Shown in pieces: positions 10,670 through 21,121 of a DNA stretch of 64,000 nucleotides (positions are counted from its first letter, which is position 1; the number at the start of each line of letters is the position of its first letter). The DNA lies in the NCBI GenBank assembly GCA_965644315.1, contig CBFFRQ010000066.1, forward strand, positions 496,001-560,000. The letters run 5' to 3'. Source of the stretch: Caecitellus pseudoparvulus. Lineage: Eukaryota > Protista > Bigyra: Bicosoecida. The notes under the pieces are model-generated. The model was given only the letters and a program-made list of their open reading frames with translations. It made no database searches and had not been told where the DNA came from. The translations under genes and the position numbers were made by a program.

Positions 10670-11995
10670 TCACTTGCCTTGACTGGCCATGCTCACTGCC
10701 GAGCTAGCCTGGCCAAGGTAGCTTGCCGCGGCGGCCGCGTCATCCATCTCCAGCGCGCGCAGAGCGTGCCTGGCCAGCTTCCACGCATCGTGCATGGCGT
10801 CACTGCGGAAGTGCACCCGGCTGCCCTGCGCCAGGCACGCGCTCTCCTCCACGGCCACGGCAGCCGAAGCAGGCACGGTGGTAGCGGGGACACTGGGCAC
10901 GGCACCCGCGCCACCTGCCGCGTACGGTGACACTGCGGCAGAAGGGGGGGAGGACACGCCACCAGGCGCCGAGGGGGCGTAGGGGTTGCCTGGGGCAGGG
11001 GAGGGCGCTGGGGCCGGTGCCGGGGCGGGGGAGGGCATGGGGGCATAGGGGGGGGGCTGGCTCGCGCCGGTGGGGGGTGCAGGCAGGGACATGCCGCTGG
11101 GAGCAGACGGCACACCCGCTCCCCGCAACACCACATCGTCCTCCTCTGCGTCGTGAGATGGCGCAGGGGAGGGCTGACCCGGCTGACCCGGCTGACCCGG
11201 CTGGCCCAGCGCCACGCCCCCTGCGTCAGCACCGGGCACGCCGGGCGTTGGCCGCCGTCCCTGCTTGAGAGCGTTCAAGATGTCCAGCGTTTTGAACTGG
11301 GCGTACTTGCGCATTTGTTCCTGCTCCGCATCCAGGGGCCCGAACTGGCTCAGGATGTCGAAGAAGTTGGCAGCGACGTTGTAGCTGCGAGCTGTGGACC
11401 TGAGCAGCGCAGGCAGAGCGAGAGCTGCACGCGGTACGTGCCACCTTGCCAACACGGCCACACGCACTTGTCGGCAGCCCCTGCGCGGTCCACGTCGTCT
11501 GCTTTCTTGAACACTGTCAAGGCGTTGCTGAGCACGAGCTCCTGAGCAGGGAGACGGACGCAGAGGGGGCGTGCATGGGCGGTGCTGGACCTGCCACGCC
11601 GACGAAACGCTCAGCTCACCTTGTCTGCCTCGGCGCTGGATGCGTCGATGCCCAGGGCTTCTTTCGTCGTCTCCAGCTTCTTCATAAGGTTCATGAGGAA
11701 CCCTTGCACCTGTGACGTCGGAGAATCCACTGCGGTGCGCGCTGAGCCTGTCGCCTACTGCCCCGGACACTTCCGGGCAACACTCTCGCCAGCCACCCAC
11801 CTCTGGCTCGCCAGTCTTGCCGCTCTCCACCGCCTTCTCCATGGCCCGCATGAAGCAGTAGTAGCTGACTCGCTTCTGGGCAGCATTGCCAGAAGACTCT
11901 GCATACCGCTCCACCTCCTCCCCGCGCAGAATCAGGGCGCGCACGCTGCGCAGAGCGTCTGGCACTTCGGCAGACAGCGCTTGCGGTGCTGCCAT
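10670..11995 (-). CDS. VTA1: Vta1/LIP5-like ESCRT (Vps4) cofactor, multi-exon
   Basis: RVSYYCFMRAMEKA, ALTVFKKADDVDRAG, AANFFDILSQFG, RKYAQFK, a Pro-rich linker, and C-terminal AWKLARHALRALEMDD (VSL-like). Confidence 0.88.
   Translation of the reverse strand: MAAPQALSAEVPDALRSVRALILRGEEVERYAESSGNAAQKRVSYYCFMRAMEKAVESGKTGEPEVGGWRECCPEVSGAVGDRLSAHRSGFSDVTGARVPHEPYEEAGDDERSPGHRRIQRRGRQGELSVSSAWQVQHRPCTPPLRPSPCSGARAQQRLDSVQESRRRGPRRGCRQVRVAVLARWHVPRAALALPALLRSTARSYNVAANFFDILSQFGPLDAEQEQMRKYAQFKTLDILNALKQGRRPTPGVPGADAGGVALGQPGQPGQPGQPSPAPSHDAEEDDVVLRGAGVPSAPSGMSLPAPPTGASQPPPYAPMPSPAPAPAPAPSPAPGNPYAPSAPGGVSSPPSAAVSPYAAGGAGAVPSVPATTVPASAAVAVEESACLAQGSRVHFRSDAMHDAWKLARHALRALEMDDAAAAASYLGQASSAVSMASQGK
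11171..11206. repeat. 9-bp tandem repeat (GGCTGACCC)x3 plus a variant copy, encoding GQP repeats in Vta1
   Basis: Visible directly in the sequence. Confidence 0.8.
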
Positions 11996-12323
11996 GCTTG
12001 CGCCTGGCTGAGAGGCTCAGACACAGACTGCGTGTGTGAAAGGTGGCAAACCTTGAGTGACGCCTGACCGGATGATGGGGCTGGCATGGTGCGGGTTTTT
12101 CTTGTGTGTTTCAGTTTTGCCGTTGCGCTTGCGATGGTCCAGCGTAGCCTGCGCAGGCACGAGCCGCTGCCCCAGGCCTGTGCACTCAGAAGACCCGGCG
12201 CAAAATTCACAGGCCTAGAAATCATGCTGCCTGGCAGCACGGGCTGCTGCAGTGTGCAGCCTCGCTCGGTCTCCTGGACGCACTGCGCCTGGCGTGCCCG
12301 GCCAGCTTGCCGATTTCCGCAGA

Positions 12324-15300
12324 ATGCTGTCCCGGCAGACGTGTGAGCGCGTCGCGCAGCCCTTTCGAAGGGCTGCTGCCGCGCTGCACGATGGCATAGA
12401 GTGGTACAATAGGGTCATCTTGAGGCAGCGATCCCTGGCGGGTGAAATGCCACGCAGTGTGTTTGCGGCGGCCGTGGCCAATCCAGGGAGCACTGCTGGC
12501 ATTCTTGCAGCAATCTGCATCGTTGCAAACTTGGTCGTCTGGCTCGCGTCCTGCCTGGCGTGGCTAGTGGGAGGATGGTGGGTCTTGTCTGCCTTGGGGG
12601 CGGTGCTTGCCGTCGTATGTGTGCGCGCGGGCGCCATGCTGGCTGCCTTTCCCCACCTCGGCGACCTGCCTTCTGGCGGCCTGGAGCGCGAACTGGCCTC
12701 AGCTGTCCAGCGAGACGTCGCCAAGGCGCTGGACGCCATCTCCTCGTGGAACCTGCGCTTGCCTGCTGCTTTGGAGGACGGCAACATCTCCACCCTCGCC
12801 CACCTCCCCAGTGCATGGGTGAGCCCCGTACCCTCCTCACACCCAGATGCCGACTCTGGGCAGCAGCAGGTCGACACGGCTCTGCACCACATGGGCTTCG
12901 TGCACAGCGGACGCTTGCCGCCCGTGAAGGGCCGGATCAAGGCAAGCGACGCCTCCCAGCACCTGCCCTCCAACCCCCTGACCTTCGTGTCACATGGCGC
13001 CGAAGTGGGGGCCGCCGCAGCCGCCACCGACGCCGCCACTGACTCCACTCCTGACCTTGCCGACCTGCCCACCCAACTCGCGCCCCTCGTGCCAGCCATC
13101 CGAGCTGTTGTCCCAGTGCTGGCCGCGCTACGCCAGCAACACCTCGCCGGCACACTGTCGGCGTTTGGGGAGCGGCTGTGCGTCGAGCTAGCAAGCTCTG
13201 TCGGCACATGCCGCGCACTCCTGGCATCACTGCTGCTAGTAGGCGCAGGCACAGGTGAGGCCATGAGAACCCCTGTCGTGCAGGTGCTGCCAGGAGGCCT
13301 CCCTGCTCTCCAAGCCCTGGCAGCCTGGCCGGGCACCGGCCCAGATGGGGAGCGTGGCGGAGCCCAGACGCAGTGTGACGCGGACACCACACTGCTGAAC
13401 CTGCACTTGCAGCTGGGCCAGTCCCTGCTGCGTGCCAAGGAGGCGTGTCCCTGGCTCGTCAGCACGCCGCTTGCCGTGCCCAGTGCTGCCTTCCGTTGCC
13501 TTGGGCGAGTCCCCGGCGCAAGGTGGTGTGGCGCCGCCCCACCCGCACCCGGCACCACCATCGCCCACGGCGCAGTGGTTCTCGCCGACCGCCCAACCCT
13601 TGCCGCCCTGCCCAGCGAAGGTGGCAGTGCCGCACCGTTTCCCCCTTCAGCGGATGAGGGGCAGGAGGGGGGGGCGGAAGGCGGGGGGTCGCCTGACATG
13701 GGTCAGACCATTCTCCGCACCTTGAGCCAGGTGCTGCCCCTGCTCCGCATGGCCCTGCTTGTCGCGGTGAAGGGCCTGCATGCGCCAGTGGCAGGTTTCG
13801 ACTTCCTGCGGGCAGAGGTCATTGCTCTTGCCCCAGGTGCCAAGGCGCTGTGGGTAAACACCCAAGCCATCACGGCCAGTGCAGGGTTGCCGGCCGCCAA
13901 CCCGCCCAGCTGCAGTGATGTGCATGAGGGGCCGTGCGCGGGGGGTGGCTGCAGGGCTCTGGACGCTGGGCTGGGCCGTGCGTTCGCGTGGCTGTTCGAC
14001 TGGGTGCCTTGTGTCGCGTGGCCCGCTACATGCCTCTCCTGCTTGGCATGCCACTGTTGCTGCTGCAGACCGCTGGGCCGACGTGGGCGCCGTCGCCTGC
14101 GAGCTGCCAGTGGCACCCCTGTCGCCCCTGTCCGCCACCAGCACGTGCTGGAAGGGCTGAAGGGGCCAGATGGGCAGGTGGACGGCACCACGTACATCTC
14201 CGCTGTGTGGCTGCCGGCGCCGGATGCGGTGGCGGAGGAAGGCGCCGTCCAGCGGCGCAGCGTCGCGCTGCTGTGCGAGCCCAACATGGGCATGTGGTGC
14301 CTACATGCACGCTTCGGTGAAATTGTCGCTGAACTGCATGCGCAGGGCATGCACGTGCTGGCGTGGGACTACAGGGGGTACGGCCTCTCGGATGGCCTGG
14401 CCTCCCCTGCCAGGTGCCGCCTGGATGTCACCGCCCTCAAGCACGCCCTGCGCAGCCACCCCTCCCTGGCGCCTGCCGTGGGCAAGGTGATGGTGCACAG
14501 CACCAGCATCGGTGGCCTGGCCGGTGTGGAGGCCGCCATGCCCCTGCCGCCCGCCTGCCCAGGCGAGGACGGTGAGACAGCCCTCGCTGTGCTGGACCGG
14601 AACTTTGCCTCCCTGCCGCTAACGGCTGAGCGCATGGTGGGGTGGTGGGCTGGGCCTGGCATGCGGCTTCTGCTGCCTCGGTGGGGCCTTGACAACGCAG
14701 TCGTGTACCTGGCGTCCCCAGTGCCCCGGCTGTGCCTCGCAGACCCAGCTGGGGACAGGATCATTGCCTGGCGGGCCGCCCTCGCGGCGTCTGTTGCCGC
14801 CACAGTGGCTGCAGATGTTCTCCCTGCAGCGCTGTCGCGGTGCGAGCCGCACCATCAAGCTGCCTTGATCACATGGCTTCAGCAGCGGCGGCAGGCGCTG
14901 AACCAGCACTTGGCCAGGGCAGCCTTGCTGCCATGTGCTTTCGCCAGCCGGGATCCCCTTGCCAAGGCTAGGCGTGGGTCAAGCACTGCGCGCTTGCCGC
15001 GTGCAGACTCTCTCGCGCACCCACAGGAGGGGGATGGCGCTTCGCCCGCGCCTATCGCCACCAGCCTCCTGCCCAGCCAACGGTACCACGAAGGCACCTG
15101 CTGCAACCGCCGAGGATTGGGGGGGCATGCCCCAGGTGCAAGCCCCCCCAGCCCCGCTTCACCGGTATCCGCGCGAGGTCTGGGAGGGGAGGATGAGGAT
15201 AGAGAAGAGGAGGACGCAGCACTGCTGGGAGGCGCGGCACGGCAGCCTGGTCCACCCCCCCCTGTCTCTGACTTTCTGTGTGTTGATGCACTGGGTGTGA

Positions 15301-16433
15301 TGGGGTGTGAGTTGGCGTGGAGCTGGTACGGACTGCTGGAGTGGGCCTCTTTCGCGGTGTTTCACCGCACCGCCGCGCCACCCCTCCTGCGCTTCCAGCT
15401 GTACACAGCACCCCATGTGCCCATCGGCGCTGTGGAAGTGCCAGCGGACGGCCGCGCATTTGCTGCCCCAGCGGCAGATGGCGAGGTGCCCAGTGGACGG
15501 GGCAACTTGGCCCACCCCTCAGATGGCCGCCTGAGCAGCCGCCTGTGGACGGCGCCCACGCCAGGCACCGCTGTGTGCAACAAGCCCTTGTCGCCCAGGC
15601 CATGGGTGCCAGCCACGTACATTTGCGGGGACATGGCGCGCTCAGGGTGCCAGTTGCTGAGGGCCTTCTCCAACTTGGATCGTGTGGACAGCCCGACAGG
15701 GGCAGCGTACACCGCGACGCCCCCGTCAGGCAGCGCCTGGGTGCCTTCGGAAAGTGGCCTCCCGACGCCTTTCCTGCACAGAGCAGTGTTCGAGGAAGAG
15801 GGGCGGCCCAACCCCGTCCGGCAGCGCCTGGCCGCCGTGTGGGACGCCTTTCAGCAGCAGGGCCTGCCACTGGGCGCGGCGGGGGTGGTGAACGCACTCC
15901 TGCACCTGGGACGCATCAGGGCAGTGAAGGAGGCTGATCTGTTCTCCATGCTCCAGCACGGAGGGCTGGATGGGGACACCCTGGACCCAGCGACACTGGG
16001 GCCGTGGCTGGCAGCGGGCTTGGTGTGGGACCTGGGAGGCAAGGCAGTGCTACCAGAACACGAACAAGCCTGCACGGCGTCCCTGGCCGAGGCAGTGCAG
16101 GCGGTGGCCCTGGCACAGGCGGTGCTGGGCGACCCCGGCCATGGCCTGGACCCGCCACACGCGCAGGGTGCAAGGACGGCGCTGCAGCGGGCTGCAGACT
16201 GCCTCGCCGCTCTGTCCATGGTGGCTGAGCGCATGCCTGGCGTGCACAAGCTTCGCGTGCAGAGGGTGAGCCTGCCACTGTACGTAGCCGATACTCACCG
16301 CACCCGCCAAATGATGCTGCCGGAAGGCGCCTTCATCTCCTTGAGAGTGGGGCACAACGGCCCACACCCGGCAGCCATCCAACATGTGCTGCGGAGCCTT
16401 GCGTCAGAGTGCAGCCTGTCGCCGCAAAGCTGA
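12324..16433 (+). CDS. Membrane-associated alpha/beta-hydrolase-domain protein
   Basis: N-terminal hydrophobic helices, WDYRGYGLSDG, HSTSIGG nucleophile elbow, LDRNF and C-terminal VGHN. Start approximate. Confidence 0.75.
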   Translation: MLSRQTCERVAQPFRRAAAALHDGIEWYNRVILRQRSLAGEMPRSVFAAAVANPGSTAGILAAICIVANLVVWLASCLAWLVGGWWVLSALGAVLAVVCVRAGAMLAAFPHLGDLPSGGLERELASAVQRDVAKALDAISSWNLRLPAALEDGNISTLAHLPSAWVSPVPSSHPDADSGQQQVDTALHHMGFVHSGRLPPVKGRIKASDASQHLPSNPLTFVSHGAEVGAAAAATDAATDSTPDLADLPTQLAPLVPAIRAVVPVLAALRQQHLAGTLSAFGERLCVELASSVGTCRALLASLLLVGAGTGEAMRTPVVQVLPGGLPALQALAAWPGTGPDGERGGAQTQCDADTTLLNLHLQLGQSLLRAKEACPWLVSTPLAVPSAAFRCLGRVPGARWCGAAPPAPGTTIAHGAVVLADRPTLAALPSEGGSAAPFPPSADEGQEGGAEGGGSPDMGQTILRTLSQVLPLLRMALLVAVKGLHAPVAGFDFLRAEVIALAPGAKALWVNTQAITASAGLPAANPPSCSDVHEGPCAGGGCRALDAGLGRAFAWLFDWVPCVAWPATCLSCLACHCCCCRPLGRRGRRRLRAASGTPVAPVRHQHVLEGLKGPDGQVDGTTYISAVWLPAPDAVAEEGAVQRRSVALLCEPNMGMWCLHARFGEIVAELHAQGMHVLAWDYRGYGLSDGLASPARCRLDVTALKHALRSHPSLAPAVGKVMVHSTSIGGLAGVEAAMPLPPACPGEDGETALAVLDRNFASLPLTAERMVGWWAGPGMRLLLPRWGLDNAVVYLASPVPRLCLADPAGDRIIAWRAALAASVAATVAADVLPAALSRCEPHHQAALITWLQQRRQALNQHLARAALLPCAFASRDPLAKARRGSSTARLPRADSLAHPQEGDGASPAPIATSLLPSQRYHEGTCCNRRGLGGHAPGASPPSPASPVSARGLGGEDEDREEEDAALLGGAARQPGPPPPVSDFLCVDALGVMGCELAWSWYGLLEWASFAVFHRTAAPPLLRFQLYTAPHVPIGAVEVPADGRAFAAPAADGEVPSGRGNLAHPSDGRLSSRLWTAPTPGTAVCNKPLSPRPWVPATYICGDMARSGCQLLRAFSNLDRVDSPTGAAYTATPPSGSAWVPSESGLPTPFLHRAVFEEEGRPNPVRQRLAAVWDAFQQQGLPLGAAGVVNALLHLGRIRAVKEADLFSMLQHGGLDGDTLDPATLGPWLAAGLVWDLGGKAVLPEHEQACTASLAEAVQAVALAQAVLGDPGHGLDPPHAQGARTALQRAADCLAALSMVAERMPGVHKLRVQRVSLPLYVADTHRTRQMMLPEGAFISLRVGHNGPHPAAIQHVLRSLASECSLSPQS

Positions 16434-16513
16434 CCATGGCAGTCAATTCACTTCGCATGACGTTGCCCAGACACCGAAGCCCTTGCTCACAGCCACCCCA
16501 ACACTGCTCAGAG

Positions 16514-18514
16514 ATGGGGAACGGGCAGACTCGCCAAGTGCGGCCAGATGCGCGTGCAGCAAGCCAGCGCGCTGAAGGCGCAAACACCTCCTCACCTGGC
16601 GTGACCAAGGACGACTCATACGTGCACGACACGAAGCAGGCGGTCTCACAGACATCACCTGGTCCCCAAACGCACACTGGGGCCGTGCCAAAGGAGCGGC
16701 ACTTTGCAGCAGGAGGTGCGGGGCAGGCTGCGGAAGTAGCAGCAACGCCGAGTCAAGCTGGTTCTGGCGGGAAAGCAAGCGCCTCCAAGCCGCCGTCCCG
16801 GGCTCCGCCACCACAGCCAGCAGCTGTGGCTGCTGCAAAGAAGGCCATGGGGAGTGAGCAAGCCCGGAGTGCGGAGAAGCCGCGGCGTGGTGAGGCTGTC
16901 CTGCAGGCTCAAGCAGCCTTGAATGCTTTTTCCCCGGAAGGCAGTCGGTACACGCTGCTGAGGCTCATCGGGAAGGGGGCGTACGGAGCTGTGTACCTGG
17001 CCCAAGACAGTGACGGCACACGGGTGGCGGTGAAGTTCATTGCCAATGCCTTCACGTCAGCCACCGACTCCCGGCGCATCTTCCGCGAGATCAGCGTCAT
17101 GCACCACTTCAGCCACCCAAATATCGTCCAACTGCGGGGCATCATCTTGCCAGCTGCCACCTCAGAGTTCACGGGCATGTACATCGTCAGCGAGCTGATG
17201 GAGACTGACCTGCACCGTGTCATTCACAGCAGGCAAGACCTTACGTCGGACCACATCAGCTACTTTGTGTACCAGTTGCTGTGTGCCCTGCAGCACTTGC
17301 ACGCCGCCAGTGTGCTGCACCGCGATCTGAAACCGTCAAACTTGCTGGTGAACTCGGACTGCTCGTTGAAGGTGTGTGACTTCGGCCTGGCACGCGAGAC
17401 GGACGTGACGCTGTCCGTGGCGCTGACGGAGTACGTGGTCACGCGGTGGTACCGCGCGCCAGAGGTGCTCCTGTCAGGCGGCAAGTACACCGCTGCCATT
17501 GACGTGTGGAGCGTTGGGTGCATCTTGGGGGAGCTGCTCATGCGCCGGCCCCTGTTCCCAGGCGAGAACTACCTGCACCAGCTGCAGCTCATCATGCAGA
17601 CACTGGGCTCGCCTTCGTTGGAAGACCTGCACTTTGTCCAGACAGAGGCTGCCCGGCAGTTCATCTTGCGGCAGCCTTTTCACAGCGGAGTGCCCCTGCC
17701 CTCACTCTTTCCCCACGTGAGGGGGCCCTGCCTTGACCTGCTGCAGCGCATGCTGATCTTTGACCCCGCCCAGCGCATCAGCATCAGCGAGGCGCTGGCA
17801 CATCCCTTCCTGGCCCGCGTGCGAGCTGCGAGGGCAAGCGTGTCGGAAGTGCCCCCTCCTCCGCCGTTCACCTTGATTCCGAACTTGCGCAGCATGGAGG
17901 TGGATGACATCCGGTCCCTGTTCGTGACCGAGGTGGCCAAGCGCCAGGGCGGCAACGCAGCATTCACCGCCGTCGACAGCAGCGCAGAGCAGGAAGAAGA
18001 CCTGGACGCAGAGCCTGGCAGCCCGCCTTGCCAAGAGCCAGAGGAAGGCCGTGAAGGCCCTGTGACGTACTACAACGCAGTGGACGGCAGCATCGACCAG
18101 GCTGCCAACACGGAGTACTGGGCGTACGCAGATCGGGAGCTGCAGGAAGCCCTGCAACAGGCTCGCGGCGTGCAGCCTGCGGAGGGTGATGGAGATCATT
18201 CCATCGATCCCCAGCAGCTGGCTCATCTGCTGAAGAAGCTGCAGGCTGCGGGGAACGGCGCAGGGGGTGGCGCGTTGGGAGGCGTCCCCGGAGCCGCTGC
18301 AAGGGAACAAGATGCCTACCAGCGCCGCACACAGGCGGCAGCACCTGGCGAGGACGTCGAAGAGGACCGCACTCACAGCTTGTCGTCCCCTGTGGCGGGA
18401 GGCGCTGAGGGGGGCAAGGCACCGTTCACCTCCTGTGCACCGCCGGAGCGGCCACTTCCCCCAGCTCCCGCCACAGTGGTTGCGGCAACTGCTTCGGCGC
18501 AAGCGGCCATGTGA
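16514..18514 (+). CDS. Mitogen-activated protein kinase (TEY activation loop)
   Basis: IGKGAYG, VAVK, HRDLKPSNLL, DFGLAR, TEYVVTRWYRAPE. Likely start MGNGQ (possible myristoylation). Confidence 0.95.
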   Translation: MGNGQTRQVRPDARAASQRAEGANTSSPGVTKDDSYVHDTKQAVSQTSPGPQTHTGAVPKERHFAAGGAGQAAEVAATPSQAGSGGKASASKPPSRAPPPQPAAVAAAKKAMGSEQARSAEKPRRGEAVLQAQAALNAFSPEGSRYTLLRLIGKGAYGAVYLAQDSDGTRVAVKFIANAFTSATDSRRIFREISVMHHFSHPNIVQLRGIILPAATSEFTGMYIVSELMETDLHRVIHSRQDLTSDHISYFVYQLLCALQHLHAASVLHRDLKPSNLLVNSDCSLKVCDFGLARETDVTLSVALTEYVVTRWYRAPEVLLSGGKYTAAIDVWSVGCILGELLMRRPLFPGENYLHQLQLIMQTLGSPSLEDLHFVQTEAARQFILRQPFHSGVPLPSLFPHVRGPCLDLLQRMLIFDPAQRISISEALAHPFLARVRAARASVSEVPPPPPFTLIPNLRSMEVDDIRSLFVTEVAKRQGGNAAFTAVDSSAEQEEDLDAEPGSPPCQEPEEGREGPVTYYNAVDGSIDQAANTEYWAYADRELQEALQQARGVQPAEGDGDHSIDPQQLAHLLKKLQAAGNGAGGGALGGVPGAAAREQDAYQRRTQAAAPGEDVEEDRTHSLSSPVAGGAEGGKAPFTSCAPPERPLPPAPATVVAATASAQAAM

Positions 18515-18526
18515 ATGCATTGCACA

Positions 18527-19596
18527 CTACGAAGCGCCCGCGAGGAGGTCCTGTGTGTCGTCCTCGGCGCCTGCCCCGCTGGCGTGCAAGCCGGCTGCGA
18601 CGGAGGAGGGGAAGACGACCTTCTTCAGGACGGGCTGCAGGCCAGCGGCCGCCAGCTGGAGGCGCTTCGACAGCGTGTTGTCAGCCACCACCGTGCCGTC
18701 TGACGAGAAGACAACGACGCCGCCCGCCGAATCTGCCGGCAGGTGGTGGGACGTGCTGATGGCCAGGTGAACGGACACCTGCGGCAGGGCAGGGGGGGCA
18801 CGCGATGCCGTGCCAGGGGCACCTGGTGCCCGCGCACCGAGAGTGTCCTGCTTCATGGCCTCCCTGCGTTCGCGGTCTGCCCTGGTGTTGGCGGTGAACT
18901 GTTCGCTGGCAGCCTTGCTGGCCGCCTCCAGCACGCCCTGCACCAGCGGGTGGTCAGCCTCCCGGCACTGCACAAACAGCGAGTGCTGGCCGCCATTCCC
19001 AGGCCCAATCACCCGCAAGGCACCCTGGGTGATGAGCTCCTGCAGCAAGGCCTTGTACTGGTGTGGACTGGCCGTGCTCAAGGCATGCAGCCTGGCACCT
19101 GCCTCCTCCACCAAGGACTGTGACGGAGCGGCGTAGATGCCTGCCATGCAGCACAGCACGTGTCACGGCGAGGTACTCACCTCAAGCATCTTGGACTGTT
19201 CGCTGAGTTTCTTGGTCTGCTGGCTGCTGAGCTCCTTGGCCATGGCGCTGTGTCAGGCAGGGGAAGACGGCGTGTCCTTGGCGTGGCAAAGCCTGCCCTC
19301 GGCGGCTCGACTCACACTCGTCGCTGGGTGATGCGCTCCACCTCCATCTGGGCAAACACGCGTTCCAGCTTGTTCTTGGCCTGCAGCTCCCGGGACTGGC
19401 GCTCCATCTCATAGTCCTCAGAGGCCTGGGAGTGGACGTGCTCTCGCGGTGTGAGGTGGACCACCTGCGGAATTGGGCCAGCTCCCCTCACCTTGGCCCG
19501 GATCTCCTCCGCCTTTTCGCGGGCCTCTAGCTGGATGAAGTTTATGATTTGAGACAGCTGGCGCTCGGCCTGGCTGTCTGACAAGCCTTTGGCCAT
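18527..19596 (-). CDS. ATP6V1E: V-type ATPase subunit E, multi-exon
   Basis: QIINFIQLEAREKAEEIRAK, YKALLQELITQG, GGVVVFSSDG and VADNTLSKRL. Confidence 0.9.
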
Positions 19597-19990
19597 GACG
19601 ACGGGTAGGTGTGGGTGTCTGGCTCACGTGGCGATGCCTCCGGCCGGCGTGCTGGGCTGCACTGCCAGGGTCACGTTGGACAGCAACGTGGGCGCAGGCA
19701 GGGAGCTGCTTGTACATCCGGGTGTTTTGTTTTTTGCTTTCCCACTGCGAATGCAGCGGGAGGGTGTTTCTGCGGGAGAGGCAGCGATCCAATTTCGCTC
19801 GCACACAGTGCGAGCAGAGCAAGCAAAACATGACCAACCTCAAGACTGGTCAACATAACATGGAAGGCACCGGCCCCCTCCCGCTTCAACCGCCTGCCCT
19901 CTCTCAGCGTGTAGGCAGACCCATTCGCACGCGCTAGTGCAGCGGTGCAATTTCCGCAGCACCCGCCCCACATCAGCCCCACAGCGATAC

Positions 19991-21121
19991 ATGTCCGGGC
20001 CGTACTCCGCTTCTGTGTGGCCATTCGTCGCGTATGGCGTGGTGGACGTATTTCTAGTCATCGCTTGTCTGGCGTGGCTCAGCGTCGCCACCTGCGCGCC
20101 CGTCAGAAGGCGCAGTGCACTGGGCAGCTCCACTCACCCGTTGTATTTCGACCCCCAAGTGGCTGCCGAAGAGGCTCACCGGGCGCTCACCCCAGTGCAC
20201 AAGACCGTCACCGAGTTCCAGTCGCCATGCACGAAAGCAGCCTGCATTTTCATTCGCCTGCTCCTCGTCGGCACGGGCGCACTGATTACGCTTGAAGCCG
20301 CAGAATCTGCGGTGGGCGGCTGGCTCGCCCCCCAGTCACAGCGCAAGCACGCCTTCACAGGCGTTGCCTACGCCCTGGAGGCCTTGCACGTCTTCCTCAT
20401 CCCGTCTCTCCTGGTGGTGCCCCTCTCCTGGACCCTGGCCCTGCGTCGCCGCACCACCCTCATGCCTGCCACTGGCCTGGCAACTGCTATCACCCTGCTA
20501 ACCCTGGTCCTGGTGGGGGCCTTGCTGGCAGCAGGCTCCCTGGCGGTCAGCCACGCGCCTGACGACCTGCAGCCACACGTGCAATTCGGCGTGACGACGT
20601 GGCGCGCCCGGGGCCAGTGGGCCCTCGGCTCACTGCAACTGTACGACATCAGCCCGACAGTGCTAGCTCTGTACACCACCGGCGTGGGTGCGTGCCTGTG
20701 GTGGCGCACACGGTGGTGGCTGACGATGGCGGCGCAGGCCCTCTTGCTCGTGGGCCACTTCGTCGTGATTTTGAACGACACGGCGGCCTTCTTCGTGCCG
20801 GGCGTCTGGAACTGCCTCTTCCTCATCTCCCTCCTGCACACGGACTGGATGGTGTGGCGGGCAGATTGGCCGCTGGGACACAGTGCCGCCGCCCCTTCGG
20901 CCCGCTCAGCGCTGAGGGGCTACTTCGGCATGCCGTCTGGCAGCACGCCCGACCCAGGGCACCGCCGCGACACCGCCGCCTCGGCCGCCTCCCTGCACGA
21001 TGAGGTGCTGTTCATGCCCCTCACACACGACCAGCACACCCACACGCCAGCACACAGCTCGGAAGCCTGGGGACGTGATGGGGCCCACCCTTCGTCAGGC
21101 TTTCGAGCCCTGAATGCATGA
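19991..21121 (+). CDS. Multi-pass membrane protein of unknown function
   Basis: About 7 hydrophobic segments in a single ORF. Confidence 0.65.
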   Translation: MSGPYSASVWPFVAYGVVDVFLVIACLAWLSVATCAPVRRRSALGSSTHPLYFDPQVAAEEAHRALTPVHKTVTEFQSPCTKAACIFIRLLLVGTGALITLEAAESAVGGWLAPQSQRKHAFTGVAYALEALHVFLIPSLLVVPLSWTLALRRRTTLMPATGLATAITLLTLVLVGALLAAGSLAVSHAPDDLQPHVQFGVTTWRARGQWALGSLQLYDISPTVLALYTTGVGACLWWRTRWWLTMAAQALLLVGHFVVILNDTAAFFVPGVWNCLFLISLLHTDWMVWRADWPLGHSAAAPSARSALRGYFGMPSGSTPDPGHRRDTAASAASLHDEVLFMPLTHDQHTHTPAHSSEAWGRDGAHPSSGFRALNA